DNA of 64,000 nucleotides from NCBI RefSeq assembly GCF_056746865.1, contig NZ_CM163382.1; one strand, 5' to 3'. Shown piece by piece: positions 51,556 to 61,847 of this stretch (position 1 is its first letter; each line of letters starts with the position of its first letter). The notes under the pieces were generated by a model. It saw only the letters and a program-made list of their open reading frames with translations, ran no database searches and was not told where the DNA came from. The position numbers and the translations under genes were made by a program.

Positions 51556-52056
51556 TCAACTTTCTCTTATGCAAGATTGGAGTTTAAAATAATGTTTATC
51601 CCATTCACAGAGTGCTATAAACAACTCAACAGTACCTTTTATGTTAAGTTTATTTAGGGCTCTTATTTTGTGATATGATACTGTTTTATAATCAATTCCT
51701 TTGATAATGGCTATTTGTTTTAACGAATAAGAAACACATAACCGCAGGATATCTATCTCATCATGGGTAAGTGGTTCTTGAGTGGAATACACATTTTGTG
51801 TATGAAGATTCGAAACCAGAAAATGCGTTAAATCAGATAATGTAATATTCTTATTGATCCTGATGAAATTGTTGCTCAAAAGGGTGTTTACAGGTTCTGT
51901 ATTTGGTTTGAGATTTCGATGTTGGTGCTCATCAATTACAACGAACGAATGTCCAAGATCAACCAACGCAACCAAATCGCTGTAATATTCCTTTTGGGAT
52001 GCTAATAATGCATTAGTGCCTACAGTGAAGTAGACATCACTGGAAAAGACTTGCAT
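51556..52056 (-). CDS. etrA: LuxR-type HTH regulator of ETT2
   Basis: 166 aa with a C-terminal LuxR/GerE HTH (LTHDEIDILRLCVSYSLKQIAIIKGIDYKTVSYHKIRALNKLNI). Lies between epaS and eprH. Confidence 0.75.
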   Translation of the reverse strand: MQVFSSDVYFTVGTNALLASQKEYYSDLVALVDLGHSFVVIDEHQHRNLKPNTEPVNTLLSNNFIRINKNITLSDLTHFLVSNLHTQNVYSTQEPLTHDEIDILRLCVSYSLKQIAIIKGIDYKTVSYHKIRALNKLNIKGTVELFIALCEWDKHYFKLQSCIRES

Positions 52057-52314
52057 ATGCCAACCTGCACTCTAAAATCATTTAGGGTAAATATTACGTG
52101 TAAAATTTAAAATAATGGTAATTGTTATATTTGCATATCAATGAGGGAATAGGGTGTATACCTTAAATTGCAAATAAAGTTATGTATGTAGGAATTTAAA
52201 ATGGTTCTCGAAAATTATAATCTTTTTATTGTGTGTCATCATAATTTGGTCATGAAATTTCCGTCTTGTTACACTACTCTAAACTAGAGCTTATGGAATT
52301 AGCGGGTGGTATTC

Positions 52315-53496
52315 ATGGAAAATAATGATAAATTCTTATCACAAGACTTATTGGAATCTTATGCCATTCGTTTATTGAGCGGACCATTGAATGGATGCGA
52401 GTATGAAATACTTAATGGGCGTGTACTCGTTATCGTTGGTAATGATGTTTCGTTAGGAAGAAGTGATTCTTTTTCTGAGTTACCAGAGAATACGATAGTC
52501 ATTCCTTATGGAGAGCTTACAGGCAGTTTTGAGGTAATAATCACTACAGACCCTGATCTGGTTGTAACAATCAGAGAATTAACAGCACAAGAATCTGAAG
52601 ATAGAACGTTAACATTGAATCAGCAAATAGAAGTTTTAGGCCTCAAATTTGCTGTAAAAGTAAAAAATGAAGTTTGGCAGTATTCAATACCAGGTATTGT
52701 TGAAAATAACATTACTTCAACAAGACAACATTTCTTTAGAAGTACGCTGTTTAAATATGTAACGCTATTTTTTCTTTTTGCTATCATTTTTATAGCTTTT
52801 TATATTGTTAATGCCAGTAATGATCCGCAGCTGAGACATATCGATAAAATTCTTGTAAACAAAAATAGAAATTATGAAATTTTATATGGTAGGGATCATG
52901 TCATCTATATCAATACCAATAGTTTGGATGAAGCTGTCTGGGTCAAACAAGCACTGGAAAAAAATCAACCAGGAAAGCCAGTACGGGTGATAAATCCTGA
53001 TGATGAATCGATACGAATTTTTTCATGGCTTGCTGATAATTTCCCAGATCTACAATATTTTAAACTACAGCTATTAGATGCCAGTAATCCAAGACTGACA
53101 GTGAGTAAGCAACGGAATGCTATCACACAGCAACTAATCGATAATCTTATTAAAGGATTACTGCAAACTATGCCATATGCCAGCAATATAAGTATTGCGG
53201 TATTAGATGATAATGTATTGGAAAGTCAGGCAATTGAAACATTGTCGGCAATAGGTCTTTCTTATGAAAAATATAAAACAGCTAACAATGTATATTTCAA
53301 TATCATTGGTACGTTAAGCGACAGTGAATTAAATAAAATTAATAACTATGTCGACGAATATTATAAACAATGGGGTAAACAATATGTAAGATTTAATGTG
53401 AATTTGAAAAATCAGGATAAAAATAATAGTTCATTTAGCTACGGAGATAACCGATTCGAGAAGTCTCAAGGTAGCAAGTGGACATTTCAGGAATAA
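52315..53496 (+). CDS. eprH: T3SS inner-membrane ring protein SctD (PrgH homologue)
   Basis: 393 aa from the ATG at 52315, with a central TM segment (YVTLFFLFAIIFIAFYIV). First gene of the prgHIJK-like cluster. Confidence 0.8.
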   Translation: MENNDKFLSQDLLESYAIRLLSGPLNGCEYEILNGRVLVIVGNDVSLGRSDSFSELPENTIVIPYGELTGSFEVIITTDPDLVVTIRELTAQESEDRTLTLNQQIEVLGLKFAVKVKNEVWQYSIPGIVENNITSTRQHFFRSTLFKYVTLFFLFAIIFIAFYIVNASNDPQLRHIDKILVNKNRNYEILYGRDHVIYINTNSLDEAVWVKQALEKNQPGKPVRVINPDDESIRIFSWLADNFPDLQYFKLQLLDASNPRLTVSKQRNAITQQLIDNLIKGLLQTMPYASNISIAVLDDNVLESQAIETLSAIGLSYEKYKTANNVYFNIIGTLSDSELNKINNYVDEYYKQWGKQYVRFNVNLKNQDKNNSSFSYGDNRFEKSQGSKWTFQE

Positions 53497-53509
53497 TTGA
53501 GGAGGACTT

Positions 53510-53749
53510 ATGGCAGATTGGAATGGTTATATTATGGATATCAGCAAACAATTTGATCAGGGCGTTGATGATCTGAACCAACAAGTTGAAAAGGCGTTGG
53601 AGGATTTAGCAACCAATCCTTCCGACCCGAAATTCCTTGCCGAATATCAGAGTGCATTAGCTGAGTATACATTATATCGAAATGCGCAATCTAACGTTGT
53701 AAAAGCGTATAAAGATCTTGATTCGGCAATCATACAAAACTTCCGCTAA
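53510..53749 (+). CDS. eprI: T3SS needle filament protein SctF (PrgI homologue)
   Basis: 79 aa. ...NPSDPKFLAEYQSALAEYTLYRNAQSNVVKAYKDLDSAIIQNFR, with the PrgI/MxiH-type C-terminus. Confidence 0.9.
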   Translation: MADWNGYIMDISKQFDQGVDDLNQQVEKALEDLATNPSDPKFLAEYQSALAEYTLYRNAQSNVVKAYKDLDSAIIQNFR

Positions 53750-53768
53750 ACTGGATAAGGATTTTATT

Positions 53769-54101
53769 ATGTCAGTAAGCAATATGCCACCTATTGATAG
53801 AGCTGAGCAATCAGCTGCTCGTGAAATACAGCAAGCGAAAGTTATTGATTTAAATGACCGGGTTCTCAATCTTGATAACCCGGATGATAAAATGATCTCC
53901 GCTTTTGCCAACTATGCGGTACAAACTGAAAATTGGCAGCAAAATGCGTTACAAGCATTAAGGTCTGATAAAAAGGGGTTAACTCCTGAAAAATTATTAG
54001 TCTTGCAGGATCATGTGCTTAATTATAATGTCGAGGTTTCATTGGTGGGAACATTAGCAAGAAAAATTGTCGCTGCAGTTGAGACGTTGACTCGCTCATG
54101 A
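53769..54101 (+). CDS. eprJ: T3SS inner rod protein SctI (PrgJ homologue)
   Basis: 110 aa from the ATG at 53769 (AAGGA RBS). The C-terminus VSLVGTLARKIVAAVETLTRS is typical of inner-rod proteins. Confidence 0.75.
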   Translation: MSVSNMPPIDRAEQSAAREIQQAKVIDLNDRVLNLDNPDDKMISAFANYAVQTENWQQNALQALRSDKKGLTPEKLLVLQDHVLNYNVEVSLVGTLARKIVAAVETLTRS

Positions 54102-54832
54102 AATATATATCATTATTCTTGTTTATCCTGCTGTTGTGCGGTTGCAAGCAGCAGGAATTACTGAACCATCTTGATCAACAGCAAGCTAATGATGTCCTTG
54201 CTGTTTTACAAAGACATAATATTAATGCTGAGAAGAAGGATCAAGGCAAAACTGGATTTTCAATCTATGTAGAACCAACGGATTTTGCTTCTGCGGTGGA
54301 TTGGCTAAAAATCTACAATCTCCCGGGTAAGCCTGATATTCAAATATCGCAGATGTTCCCTGCAGATGCACTCGTTTCCTCTCCACGAGCGGAAAAAGCA
54401 AGATTGTATTCTGCTATTGAACAGCGTTTAGAGCAATCTCTCAAAATTATGGATGGCATTGTTTCTTCAAGAGTACATGTTAGTTACGATGTTGATACAG
54501 GTGATAGTGGCAAAACTGCTTTACCAATTCATATTTCTGTACTTGCTGTATATGAAAAAGATATCAATCCAGAAATAAAAATAAATGACATTAAGAGATT
54601 TATTGTTAATAGCTTTGCAAGCGTACAATATGAGAATATTTCAGTCGTATTGTCAAAACGAAGAGATATTATTGAACAAGCACCAACATATGAAATTAAC
54701 GAACCTATTTTTGCTTATGATAAGACTATGCCGGTTTCTATCTTACTTGCATTAATGTCCATTGCGACTTGCTGGCTGTTATGGAAGTACAGGGCTATTA
54801 TAACTAATTTAATCAGGTTAAAAAATAAGTAG
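54098..54832 (+). CDS. eprK: T3SS inner-membrane ring lipoprotein SctJ (PrgK homologue)
   Basis: 244 aa with lipobox LLLCGC, the YscJ/PrgK family pattern (LLNHLDQQQANDVLAVLQRHNI) and a C-terminal TM. Confidence 0.88.
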   Translation: MKYISLFLFILLLCGCKQQELLNHLDQQQANDVLAVLQRHNINAEKKDQGKTGFSIYVEPTDFASAVDWLKIYNLPGKPDIQISQMFPADALVSSPRAEKARLYSAIEQRLEQSLKIMDGIVSSRVHVSYDVDTGDSGKTALPIHISVLAVYEKDINPEIKINDIKRFIVNSFASVQYENISVVLSKRRDIIEQAPTYEINEPIFAYDKTMPVSILLALMSIATCWLLWKYRAIITNLIRLKNK

Positions 54833-54847
54833 ACATATGAGAACGTT

Positions 54848-55429
54848 ATGAATCTTGCCCTAAGAAAAATTATATATGATCCAATTAGTTATATTCATCC
54901 CCAACGAGTAAGTTTGAATAATGCACGTATTAGCAATCCGGTACTTAGATCTATTACCAATGAAATGATACTCCTACAGTACAATCTTTCAGTTGAGCAT
55001 TTCAGTCTGAATAGTTCACTTATTTACTACATAAACAATTGGAAATTATTTCCATTGATCTGTTTACTCAGTGGTTGTCACTTTTATCGAGAAAGGTTTG
55101 CAGAACGCGGATTTTTTTACAAGGTTCCTGATGTGCTAAGGAATTATTTATCAGCTATACCGGTGGAAATAAATGAAAAGGCACGATATAAACCTGGTAT
55201 CGTTAACTATCAGAATATCATCACATGTGGTTTTTCAACGTTGTTGCCCTATCTAAGGCAACAACCGTTGGCAATGCAGCAACGATTTAATTTATTATTT
55301 CCTGATTTTGTTGACCACATACAATTGCCGTTACCACTTGCGTCTACTCTTTTGGAGAGAATTACATTTTATGCGAAAAAAAATAGAGATGAGCTTGATA
55401 AACTCTCCTGCAAATGGTGTTGTGATTAA
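54848..55429 (+). CDS. OrgA/SctK-like sorting-platform protein
   Basis: 193 aa in the orgA position immediately after the prgK homologue. Size is close to OrgA. Confidence 0.55.
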   Translation: MNLALRKIIYDPISYIHPQRVSLNNARISNPVLRSITNEMILLQYNLSVEHFSLNSSLIYYINNWKLFPLICLLSGCHFYRERFAERGFFYKVPDVLRNYLSAIPVEINEKARYKPGIVNYQNIITCGFSTLLPYLRQQPLAMQQRFNLLFPDFVDHIQLPLPLASTLLERITFYAKKNRDELDKLSCKWCCD

Positions 55430-56078
55430 AAGAATAATTTCTGATGGATTGAAAGAAATAGTTTCTCTAAAAGAACAGATCCTTCTTGAAACCACCGCAA
55501 AAATTCAGAGTATTGAGGAAAAGAGAGAAGAAAAAGTTATTCAAGGTTATTATGATGGCTATGCGAAAGGCATTATTGATGTGATGGATAATTTTATACC
55601 CTTGATAAGTTTGCTGAGCTCAGAATTAGAAAAAAACAGAATAAATATGATAAACGATCTGAAGAGCATATTGTTAAAATCTTCAGAGGAAGTTGAAGTT
55701 TTTATCAAAATTTTTGAAAGTTGGGTAACAAAATTACCGTCAATATCAGGCCCTTTAAATCTCTATATACCTACCAGTTTCAAAGATAAGTCTATTGAAG
55801 TAGAGTCATATTTTGTCGACAAGTCAATATGGAATGTCCATATTTCATATCATGATGACAAACGTTTTGTTTTTTTTACAGATCAATTTATTGCTGAATT
55901 TAGTCCGCAGGAATTTGTGGATAATTGTGAGCAATATTTAATTAGCAATCACTGTTTTTCCCCTGACAAGGTTAATGAAATCTGTGAACATGCCAGACAT
56001 TATTTAGTTGAAAGAATGTGTGAAATAGATTCTTTGGCTATGAATAATTCTGATTTGACGACCCCAGAGGACTTATAG
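55371..56078 (+). CDS. OrgB/SctL-like stator protein
   Basis: 235 aa from the ATG at 55371 (GGAGAGA RBS). N-terminal coiled coil. Position and size match OrgB. Confidence 0.5.
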   Translation: MRKKIEMSLINSPANGVVIKRIISDGLKEIVSLKEQILLETTAKIQSIEEKREEKVIQGYYDGYAKGIIDVMDNFIPLISLLSSELEKNRINMINDLKSILLKSSEEVEVFIKIFESWVTKLPSISGPLNLYIPTSFKDKSIEVESYFVDKSIWNVHISYHDDKRFVFFTDQFIAEFSPQEFVDNCEQYLISNHCFSPDKVNEICEHARHYLVERMCEIDSLAMNNSDLTTPEDL

Positions 56079-56300
56079 ATCACTGTCTCCGGCTTAATGA
56101 CTTGAATATAATCTAATTCTAATATTTTAAACGCCTAATGATTTTTCAAAACGGGTGTTATTCTGCTTACGCAAAAATTTTATTATTAATTATATTTCAT
56201 TATTATTTCATCAATGTATTCTTTGGATTTTGCTTATAATAATAATGGAAGGGATGATTATAAATGAATGCGTTATAGCATTTACACTCAGGATGAATAT

Positions 56301-56933
56301 ATGGGAAAGATTAAAATTGTAGTTTCAGATCAGCAGCCGTTTATGATTGATGGGATAATTGGATTTCTCGGACATTATCCCGATTTATATGAGGTTGTTG
56401 GGGGCTATAAAGATCTGAAGAAAGCTATCGCGGAGTGTAACAAATCTGCAGCCCAAATATTTATTTTAGGAGAATTTGCAGGTGGAATGATGGGGTCCGA
56501 ACTCATTAAATGGGTTAAATCGCATAAAATAGATGCTCATATTATTACATTTGTAGCAAAAATGCCGTATATTGATTCAATAAAATTACTTGAAGCCGGT
56601 GCAAAAGGATGCGTATGGAAAACCAGTCACCCGGCAAAACTAAATCGCGCTATTGATTCGATTAGTAATGGTTACACTTATTTTGATAGTGTACACATGG
56701 ATTGTGAAAAAATATCTTCAAGATATTCCTCTGATAATCAACTTACAAATCGTGAGTCTGAAATACTACAACTCATAGCTGATGGAAAAACAAACAAAGA
56801 AATCGCTAATTTCTTGCAGTTAAGCAGGAAAACAGTCGAAACTCATAGACTCAATATCATGAAGAAATTAGATGTTCACAGTGGTATCGAGTTGATCAAA
56901 ACAGCTTTACGTATGGGTGTTTGCACTATATAA
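56301..56933 (+). CDS. ygeK: NarL/FixJ-type response-regulator-like protein with LuxR HTH, uninterrupted
   Basis: 210 aa from [15 protein letters not shown]-terminal [46 protein letters not shown]. Gly sits at the expected phospho-acceptor position (FILGEFAGG). Confidence 0.8.
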   Translation: MGKIKIVVSDQQPFMIDGIIGFLGHYPDLYEVVGGYKDLKKAIAECNKSAAQIFILGEFAGGMMGSELIKWVKSHKIDAHIITFVAKMPYIDSIKLLEAGAKGCVWKTSHPAKLNRAIDSISNGYTYFDSVHMDCEKISSRYSSDNQLTNRESEILQLIADGKTNKEIANFLQLSRKTVETHRLNIMKKLDVHSGIELIKTALRMGVCTI

Positions 56934-56940
56934 AAAAAAG

Positions 56941-56977
56941 AGGCTTTAGGCTTATTTTGCTAAAGCCTTACGCTTGT
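56941..56977 (-). terminator. Hairpin-plus-T-tract terminator at the pbl 3' end (overlaps the stop codon)
   Basis: AGGCTTTAG (56950-56958) pairs with CTAAAGCCT (56969-56977). On the minus strand it is followed by T8. Confidence 0.45.
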
Positions 56978-57455
56978 CTATTTCATTAAGTCTGGTATAT
57001 ACAACATATATTTTTTTTGCATATTGCAGCCTCTTTTTTTTGTTTTCCATTGCAAAACCCGCGTTATATGTCCCCAGACATTGCCACGTTACCCCACAAC
57101 GTGAAAAATGATTATATAAAATCTCGGTCCCTATTTTAATGTTCAGACAGGGGTTATCTAACAAATCTCGTTCATCTTTTATTATTCCACGTTTTTTTAA
57201 CATGGGAATGTGCATCTGGTTTATCTGCATTAAACCATAATCAACACTCTTTATATTGTTTTTCTTATCCCTGTTTTTGCCGATGCTATCATTTTTTAAA
57301 TTACTTTCAACAAGAGCGATAGCTTTGATCAAATTTGGTTCGATTCTGAAAATTGATCCTGCTTCATTAAAGCAAGCGCTACTGGCGAAAGACATTTTTG
57401 TAATTAATATAGAAAACATGAAGATGGATAAGATTTTAACTTTGGGTAAGCGCAT
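56952..57455 (-). CDS. pbl: T3SS-associated lytic transglycosylase (IagB homologue)
   Basis: 167 aa with a signal peptide and an SLT domain (IKAIALVESNLKNDSIGKN...DYGLMQINQMH). Full length here. Confidence 0.85.
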   Translation of the reverse strand: MRLPKVKILSIFMFSILITKMSFASSACFNEAGSIFRIEPNLIKAIALVESNLKNDSIGKNRDKKNNIKSVDYGLMQINQMHIPMLKKRGIIKDERDLLDNPCLNIKIGTEILYNHFSRCGVTWQCLGTYNAGFAMENKKKRLQYAKKIYVVYTRLNEIDKRKALAK

Positions 57456-57538
57456 ATATTTTTATGTGTAGGATTGAAGGAAAGGAACGAGATACTAATA
57501 TATTCAGTATCTCGTTAATCATTTAAGTGGTCAATTAT

Positions 57539-57757
57539 CTACCATTCCAGTTCATAGTAAGGAGAGATAGGATTATCTTTCGAATACATATCATTTTGAA
57601 AAGATGCCATCCATGTTGAAACTATAAATGCTTGTATTTGATCTGTATCAGTAGTACTGGTGGTGATGTGTTTATCTAATGAAACGACTTCATCACCCGT
57701 TGCGGTTGCTATATTTAAACTTTGAGAAAAATTATTCATATTGATTGGATTAGTCAT
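57539..57757 (-). CDS. ygeI: Small ETT2 protein YgeI (72 aa)
   Basis: Start chosen at MTNPINMNNF. Conserved position between pbl and ygeH. Confidence 0.55.
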   Translation of the reverse strand: MTNPINMNNFSQSLNIATATGDEVVSLDKHITTSTTDTDQIQAFIVSTWMASFQNDMYSKDNPISPYYELEW

Positions 57758-57924
57758 AAAGTTCCCTTTTTTATTTGTCCAGGCCAATAGCCTATACACA
57801 ATACTTTTTAATCTAGAGTATTTGATATATATTGCAATAAGGTAATTATCTTAGATGTTTTCATCTCTGTTGTTTACATAACCAGTTGCATGCATCTAAA
57901 CAATAAAATTGCGACAATAAAGAT

Positions 57925-59301
57925 TTATCGCATACAAATTCTCGTCAGTTGCTTTAGTTTCAAAATGTTGTCAATTATAACTCGATGGCTTTCACTCGAA
58001 GTTTCTTTATAGTAGAGTTTCATGTTGCTTTTGAGCGGGTTAGGCACATACATATCTACACACTCTTTTATCACAACTGCTTTTCGTCTTCTGGGTTCGA
58101 GTTGTAGTGATTTGTCTATACAAATCCTTGCCTCTTCAATTCTTTCATTATGAAAATTGACAAGTGCTCTATAGTAGTAGAGAGAGGCTATATCAGTTGT
58201 GTGTATCTTAGCCTGTTCAAATAAGATATGAGATACTTTTGCTTGTCCAGACAGACCAGTTATCAGTCCCATAATAGCTAAAATTTTTCCATCGACATTG
58301 GTTATGTCTGATACATAATGTAAAAGCTCTAATGCTTTTTGAGCAGCAAGTTCAAGTTCATATTTTCCATGAAGTGCCAAAGACATATGGCATTCCGCTA
58401 GCAGACAATAACATTCTGTTTTTAGCGTCTGTATATCACTTTTATTTTGTAATCCATCAAATATAGTCATAGCCCTGTAAATGCTTTCAGATGTAAACTC
58501 GTAAAGTTCTTTCTTACCAGCCAACAGTTCATCTGATAAATAATGATTCTTGTAACCTTGATCTGATTTAGCTAATCTTACAGATCGCTCTGGATTATGT
58601 ACCGTTTGAAGGATATTATCTATAATAAATTGTGATGTGTTATTTAGTTCATCAACAGGAAGATGATTACTGGCGATGAGGAAAAGATTTTTAGCGTCGA
58701 TCAGTTCAATGTATAAAGTTTTCACCGCGTTATTCTGGTTTATTCTTCCTGTAACGAAATAATCTGGCTTGAATCTTCTCAAGAATGAATTTTGCGATAT
58801 GTGATCATTACAAAAATTTGTCGCAGCCATCGGATAGGTATAAAGGCCATCGATTTTTTTATTCGAAATGTTTTGCACTAATTCCTGATTAAGTATTAAT
58901 GGATCCAGGGTATTCACTGAAGTGGTGAAAGGAAATATAGCTATGGAATAGTCTGAAGTGTTATCTTCATTTCTTTTAGTTTTGAAAACCTGTCCACTGA
59001 AACGATAACCTTTCCGGTAGATTGTTTCTATGCAACGATCATAGCCAATTTTTTCAAAAATGCAGCGCAAAGAATAGATACATCTTGTCAGGGACTCGTC
59101 ACTTACAATAATATTTTTCCATACTGATTCGATGATCATATCTTTCAGGACAACATGACCAGCGGATTCAAGTAATACGATCAATACTCCTAACTCTTTC
59201 GGTGGAATATAAATCTGCTCATTTCCTTGAGTAAGAATTCCATCTTCCGTGAGCGTTAATCCCTCAAGAAAATGATATGAAAATTTATTTTCTAAGTCCA
59301 T
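57925..59301 (-). CDS. ygeH: HilA-like OmpR/ToxR-family regulator with TPR region
   Basis: 458 aa. N-terminal winged-helix ([31 protein letters not shown]) and a C-terminal TPR-like region. Confidence 0.88.
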   Translation of the reverse strand: MDLENKFSYHFLEGLTLTEDGILTQGNEQIYIPPKELGVLIVLLESAGHVVLKDMIIESVWKNIIVSDESLTRCIYSLRCIFEKIGYDRCIETIYRKGYRFSGQVFKTKRNEDNTSDYSIAIFPFTTSVNTLDPLILNQELVQNISNKKIDGLYTYPMAATNFCNDHISQNSFLRRFKPDYFVTGRINQNNAVKTLYIELIDAKNLFLIASNHLPVDELNNTSQFIIDNILQTVHNPERSVRLAKSDQGYKNHYLSDELLAGKKELYEFTSESIYRAMTIFDGLQNKSDIQTLKTECYCLLAECHMSLALHGKYELELAAQKALELLHYVSDITNVDGKILAIMGLITGLSGQAKVSHILFEQAKIHTTDIASLYYYRALVNFHNERIEEARICIDKSLQLEPRRRKAVVIKECVDMYVPNPLKSNMKLYYKETSSESHRVIIDNILKLKQLTRICMR

Positions 59302-59635
59302 TAGTTAACCTCTATGAAAAAATTGGTTTCTTGCATCCTGCATAAGCAATAGAAATTGTGGCTATTCATATTTATGTGTCATTAATGCTATAGGAGTTTA
59401 CATTCGACATATCTATGGTTGTGTTCACTAATTTATCTTAGGAATTCAGTGATGTAATCTGAAATAGCCTTATTCAATTTTGATAAAATAGATTGTTCTC
59501 TAACGCGTTGAAAAATAATAATTTATAGTGTGTTCTTAACTGTTTTAAGATGTTGATTTAAGAAAACATAAGAGAAGATGGTCATAGTGGTTAACTGCAC
59601 TATAACCAGCAATTTTAACCAAATGATTGTAATGC

Positions 59636-60127
59636 TTAGCCATTATCTTCTGAATTATCGGTTAAGAGTTCAATATATGCCTGCGCTTTGCTCTTAACAC
59701 TTTCATCCTCACAATTGTTAATAATATGATAGAAACATTGCATTGCGTTATCGATATTTTTAGCCCCAATTTGACATTGACCCATACGATAAATAACTGA
59801 ATAGTCATCATACGGGGAGTAATTGTAACTTAGTTTGTAAAGGTCATATGCTTGTTGATATTTCTTTTTTGACTGGCATACTGATGCAAAACCTTTTAGA
59901 TATTCATGATTTTCGAACGCATAAATGCACAGAAATTTATAATAAATTTCTGCGTCCGTTATATTACCTTTTTCATGGTAGTCGAATGCATATGCATATA
60001 TTCTATCAAGGATATCAGGAGTCAATCCATGTAGTAATGCCAGATTTTCTCCTTGTGATAATGCGTGTTTTAGTTGACTTGCCCATTCATCACTGTTATT
60101 GAATATTTCAAGTGTATCTGTGTTCAT
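59636..60127 (-). CDS. ygeG: Class II T3SS chaperone (SicA/IpgC-like TPR protein)
   Basis: 163 aa from MNTDTLEIF. TPR repeats (AEIYYKFLCIYAFENHEYLKGFASVCQSKKKYQQAYDLY). Confidence 0.85.
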   Translation of the reverse strand: MNTDTLEIFNNSDEWASQLKHALSQGENLALLHGLTPDILDRIYAYAFDYHEKGNITDAEIYYKFLCIYAFENHEYLKGFASVCQSKKKYQQAYDLYKLSYNYSPYDDYSVIYRMGQCQIGAKNIDNAMQCFYHIINNCEDESVKSKAQAYIELLTDNSEDNG

Positions 60128-60352
60128 AATATTCCTCTGTGATGTGTTTCGTGATGCTAAATTATTATTAATTGACTCATTATTTTTTTGCATTTATCTT
60201 TTTTGAATTATGAGTTTTAAGCTTGTATTGCTTATGGGTATATTGGTTCATTATTAGTAAAAATACTGACCACTATAAACCAATAATGTCATTAGTTGTT
60301 TTGCTAATATTCACCTTATTAGTCATCTTATTTACGACATTTCATAAATGCC

Positions 60353-60844
60353 TTAATATGCATGACCTTGATTCATATTATCAATTTCCATTTTTTCGAT
60401 GAAAATTAAAAAGGGGATTTTTGCGAAGGGTAGTAAATCGTCTGGTTTTTTTTCTTTATTATGTCTGGTGACGAGGGGGGATAGAACGTCGGTGCATATA
60501 GTAGAGAATTTATTCAGGTCTAAATTATTCTCTATTTTGGCCAGTTTTATGAGTTCATTTGTAGCCATACTCATTAAATCATCTGTTATCGGAAATTTAT
60601 ATATGCTCATAGCCGATAATATTGCTTGCTGAATTATTTCTTCAGAAATATCCGCTATCTTTATTGACAAATCATGTGTTAGATATTTTCCTCCAAGAGA
60701 TTCTTGTTCAATATAATTTAAACCAGACCTCATCGTAATTTTAACTGGATTCACGTATTTCTCTTCATTTTTCTTATTTTTGTTCTCCTGATCAGGAACT
60801 AATGGTTGCAGTGGTAGGCTATTATTAATATTTCGTGGCTTCAT
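60353..60844 (-). CDS. ygeF: ETT2 protein YgeF (163 aa), uninterrupted
   Basis: ORF in the conserved position next to ygeG. AT-rich. No recognisable motif. Confidence 0.55.
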   Translation of the reverse strand: MKPRNINNSLPLQPLVPDQENKNKKNEEKYVNPVKITMRSGLNYIEQESLGGKYLTHDLSIKIADISEEIIQQAILSAMSIYKFPITDDLMSMATNELIKLAKIENNLDLNKFSTICTDVLSPLVTRHNKEKKPDDLLPFAKIPFLIFIEKMEIDNMNQGHAY

Positions 60845-61273
60845 TTTACATTTCTCTCATTTGATTAGAGCAAAATCCGAATTCGCAGCTTCTGATAATG
60901 TCAAATATCACCTTTTCTCATGCTTTATTCTATCAAAAATCGCTCATTTTTACTTTTTTTACCATAATGTTACCTAGTAGCATCGGCAATTTACATAACT
61001 TACATGTTGTTTTTTATGTCCTGAAAAAACAGATAGATAGTGTGCACACTCGAAATGATATTGGTAACATAAATAGCTTTATTCGTGACAAACATCTCAA
61101 AAGATTTCCTTTATTATTTTCGAAATTCATTTGATCAAGGTTATCACCTTATGGAGACGTTACGTAGAATGACTATATTTGTTATCGGCACATTAGGGGT
61201 ATTAAATTTAGTATTGATGGAAGGTGATTATTGAACAGTAACATCGAGTCACGGTAAAAATGTGAGGTATATA

Positions 61274-61699
61274 ATGGACATTGAGTTTTCGCAGATTCAT
61301 GAAATAGTCTATATGCATGATATTGTAAATTCGGACTCGAAAAAGAAACCAAGGATTCCGTTAAAAAAATTCCTTAATGCTGAGAAGGTTCTCACGCAAA
61401 CAACATCATGGGCACTAAATTCAAGATATGTGAATGTTAATTCTGTCAGTAAAGTCAACGTAAAGAGTAAAGTTAAAAACAGTTATATCTCACGATCTGT
61501 CAATGATGAGTTTAGTTTAACAGATGATGAAATCAATTCTTTTAAAGAAACGTTAGTCCTTTCCTCTATTGATTCTCTAAGTAAACTGGTTCTTAATAAT
61601 CCTCTTTCTGTATTGTTTACATCGACTGTACGAAGGAATAATAATAGAGCTAAGATGAATGTTGAGTTCGACTCATGGATTTGCACCAGATGTTGTTGA
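61274..61699 (+). CDS. yqeK: ETT2-flank protein YqeK (141 aa)
   Basis: ATG at 61274 after GAGGT. Very AT-rich ORF. Assigned by position and order. Confidence 0.5.
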   Translation: MDIEFSQIHEIVYMHDIVNSDSKKKPRIPLKKFLNAEKVLTQTTSWALNSRYVNVNSVSKVNVKSKVKNSYISRSVNDEFSLTDDEINSFKETLVLSSIDSLSKLVLNNPLSVLFTSTVRRNNNRAKMNVEFDSWICTRCC

Positions 61700-61847
61700 T
61701 ACATGATATTTTACATTGCAAGGTGATATCTAAAATGAAAGATGTTGATCAAAACTTTGATGCTTTATACTGGCATATACTACAAGCATATTTAATTTTA
61801 TTGTTTTATGATTAACGAGGTTCCATCTTTTTGTTATCTATTTAAGT

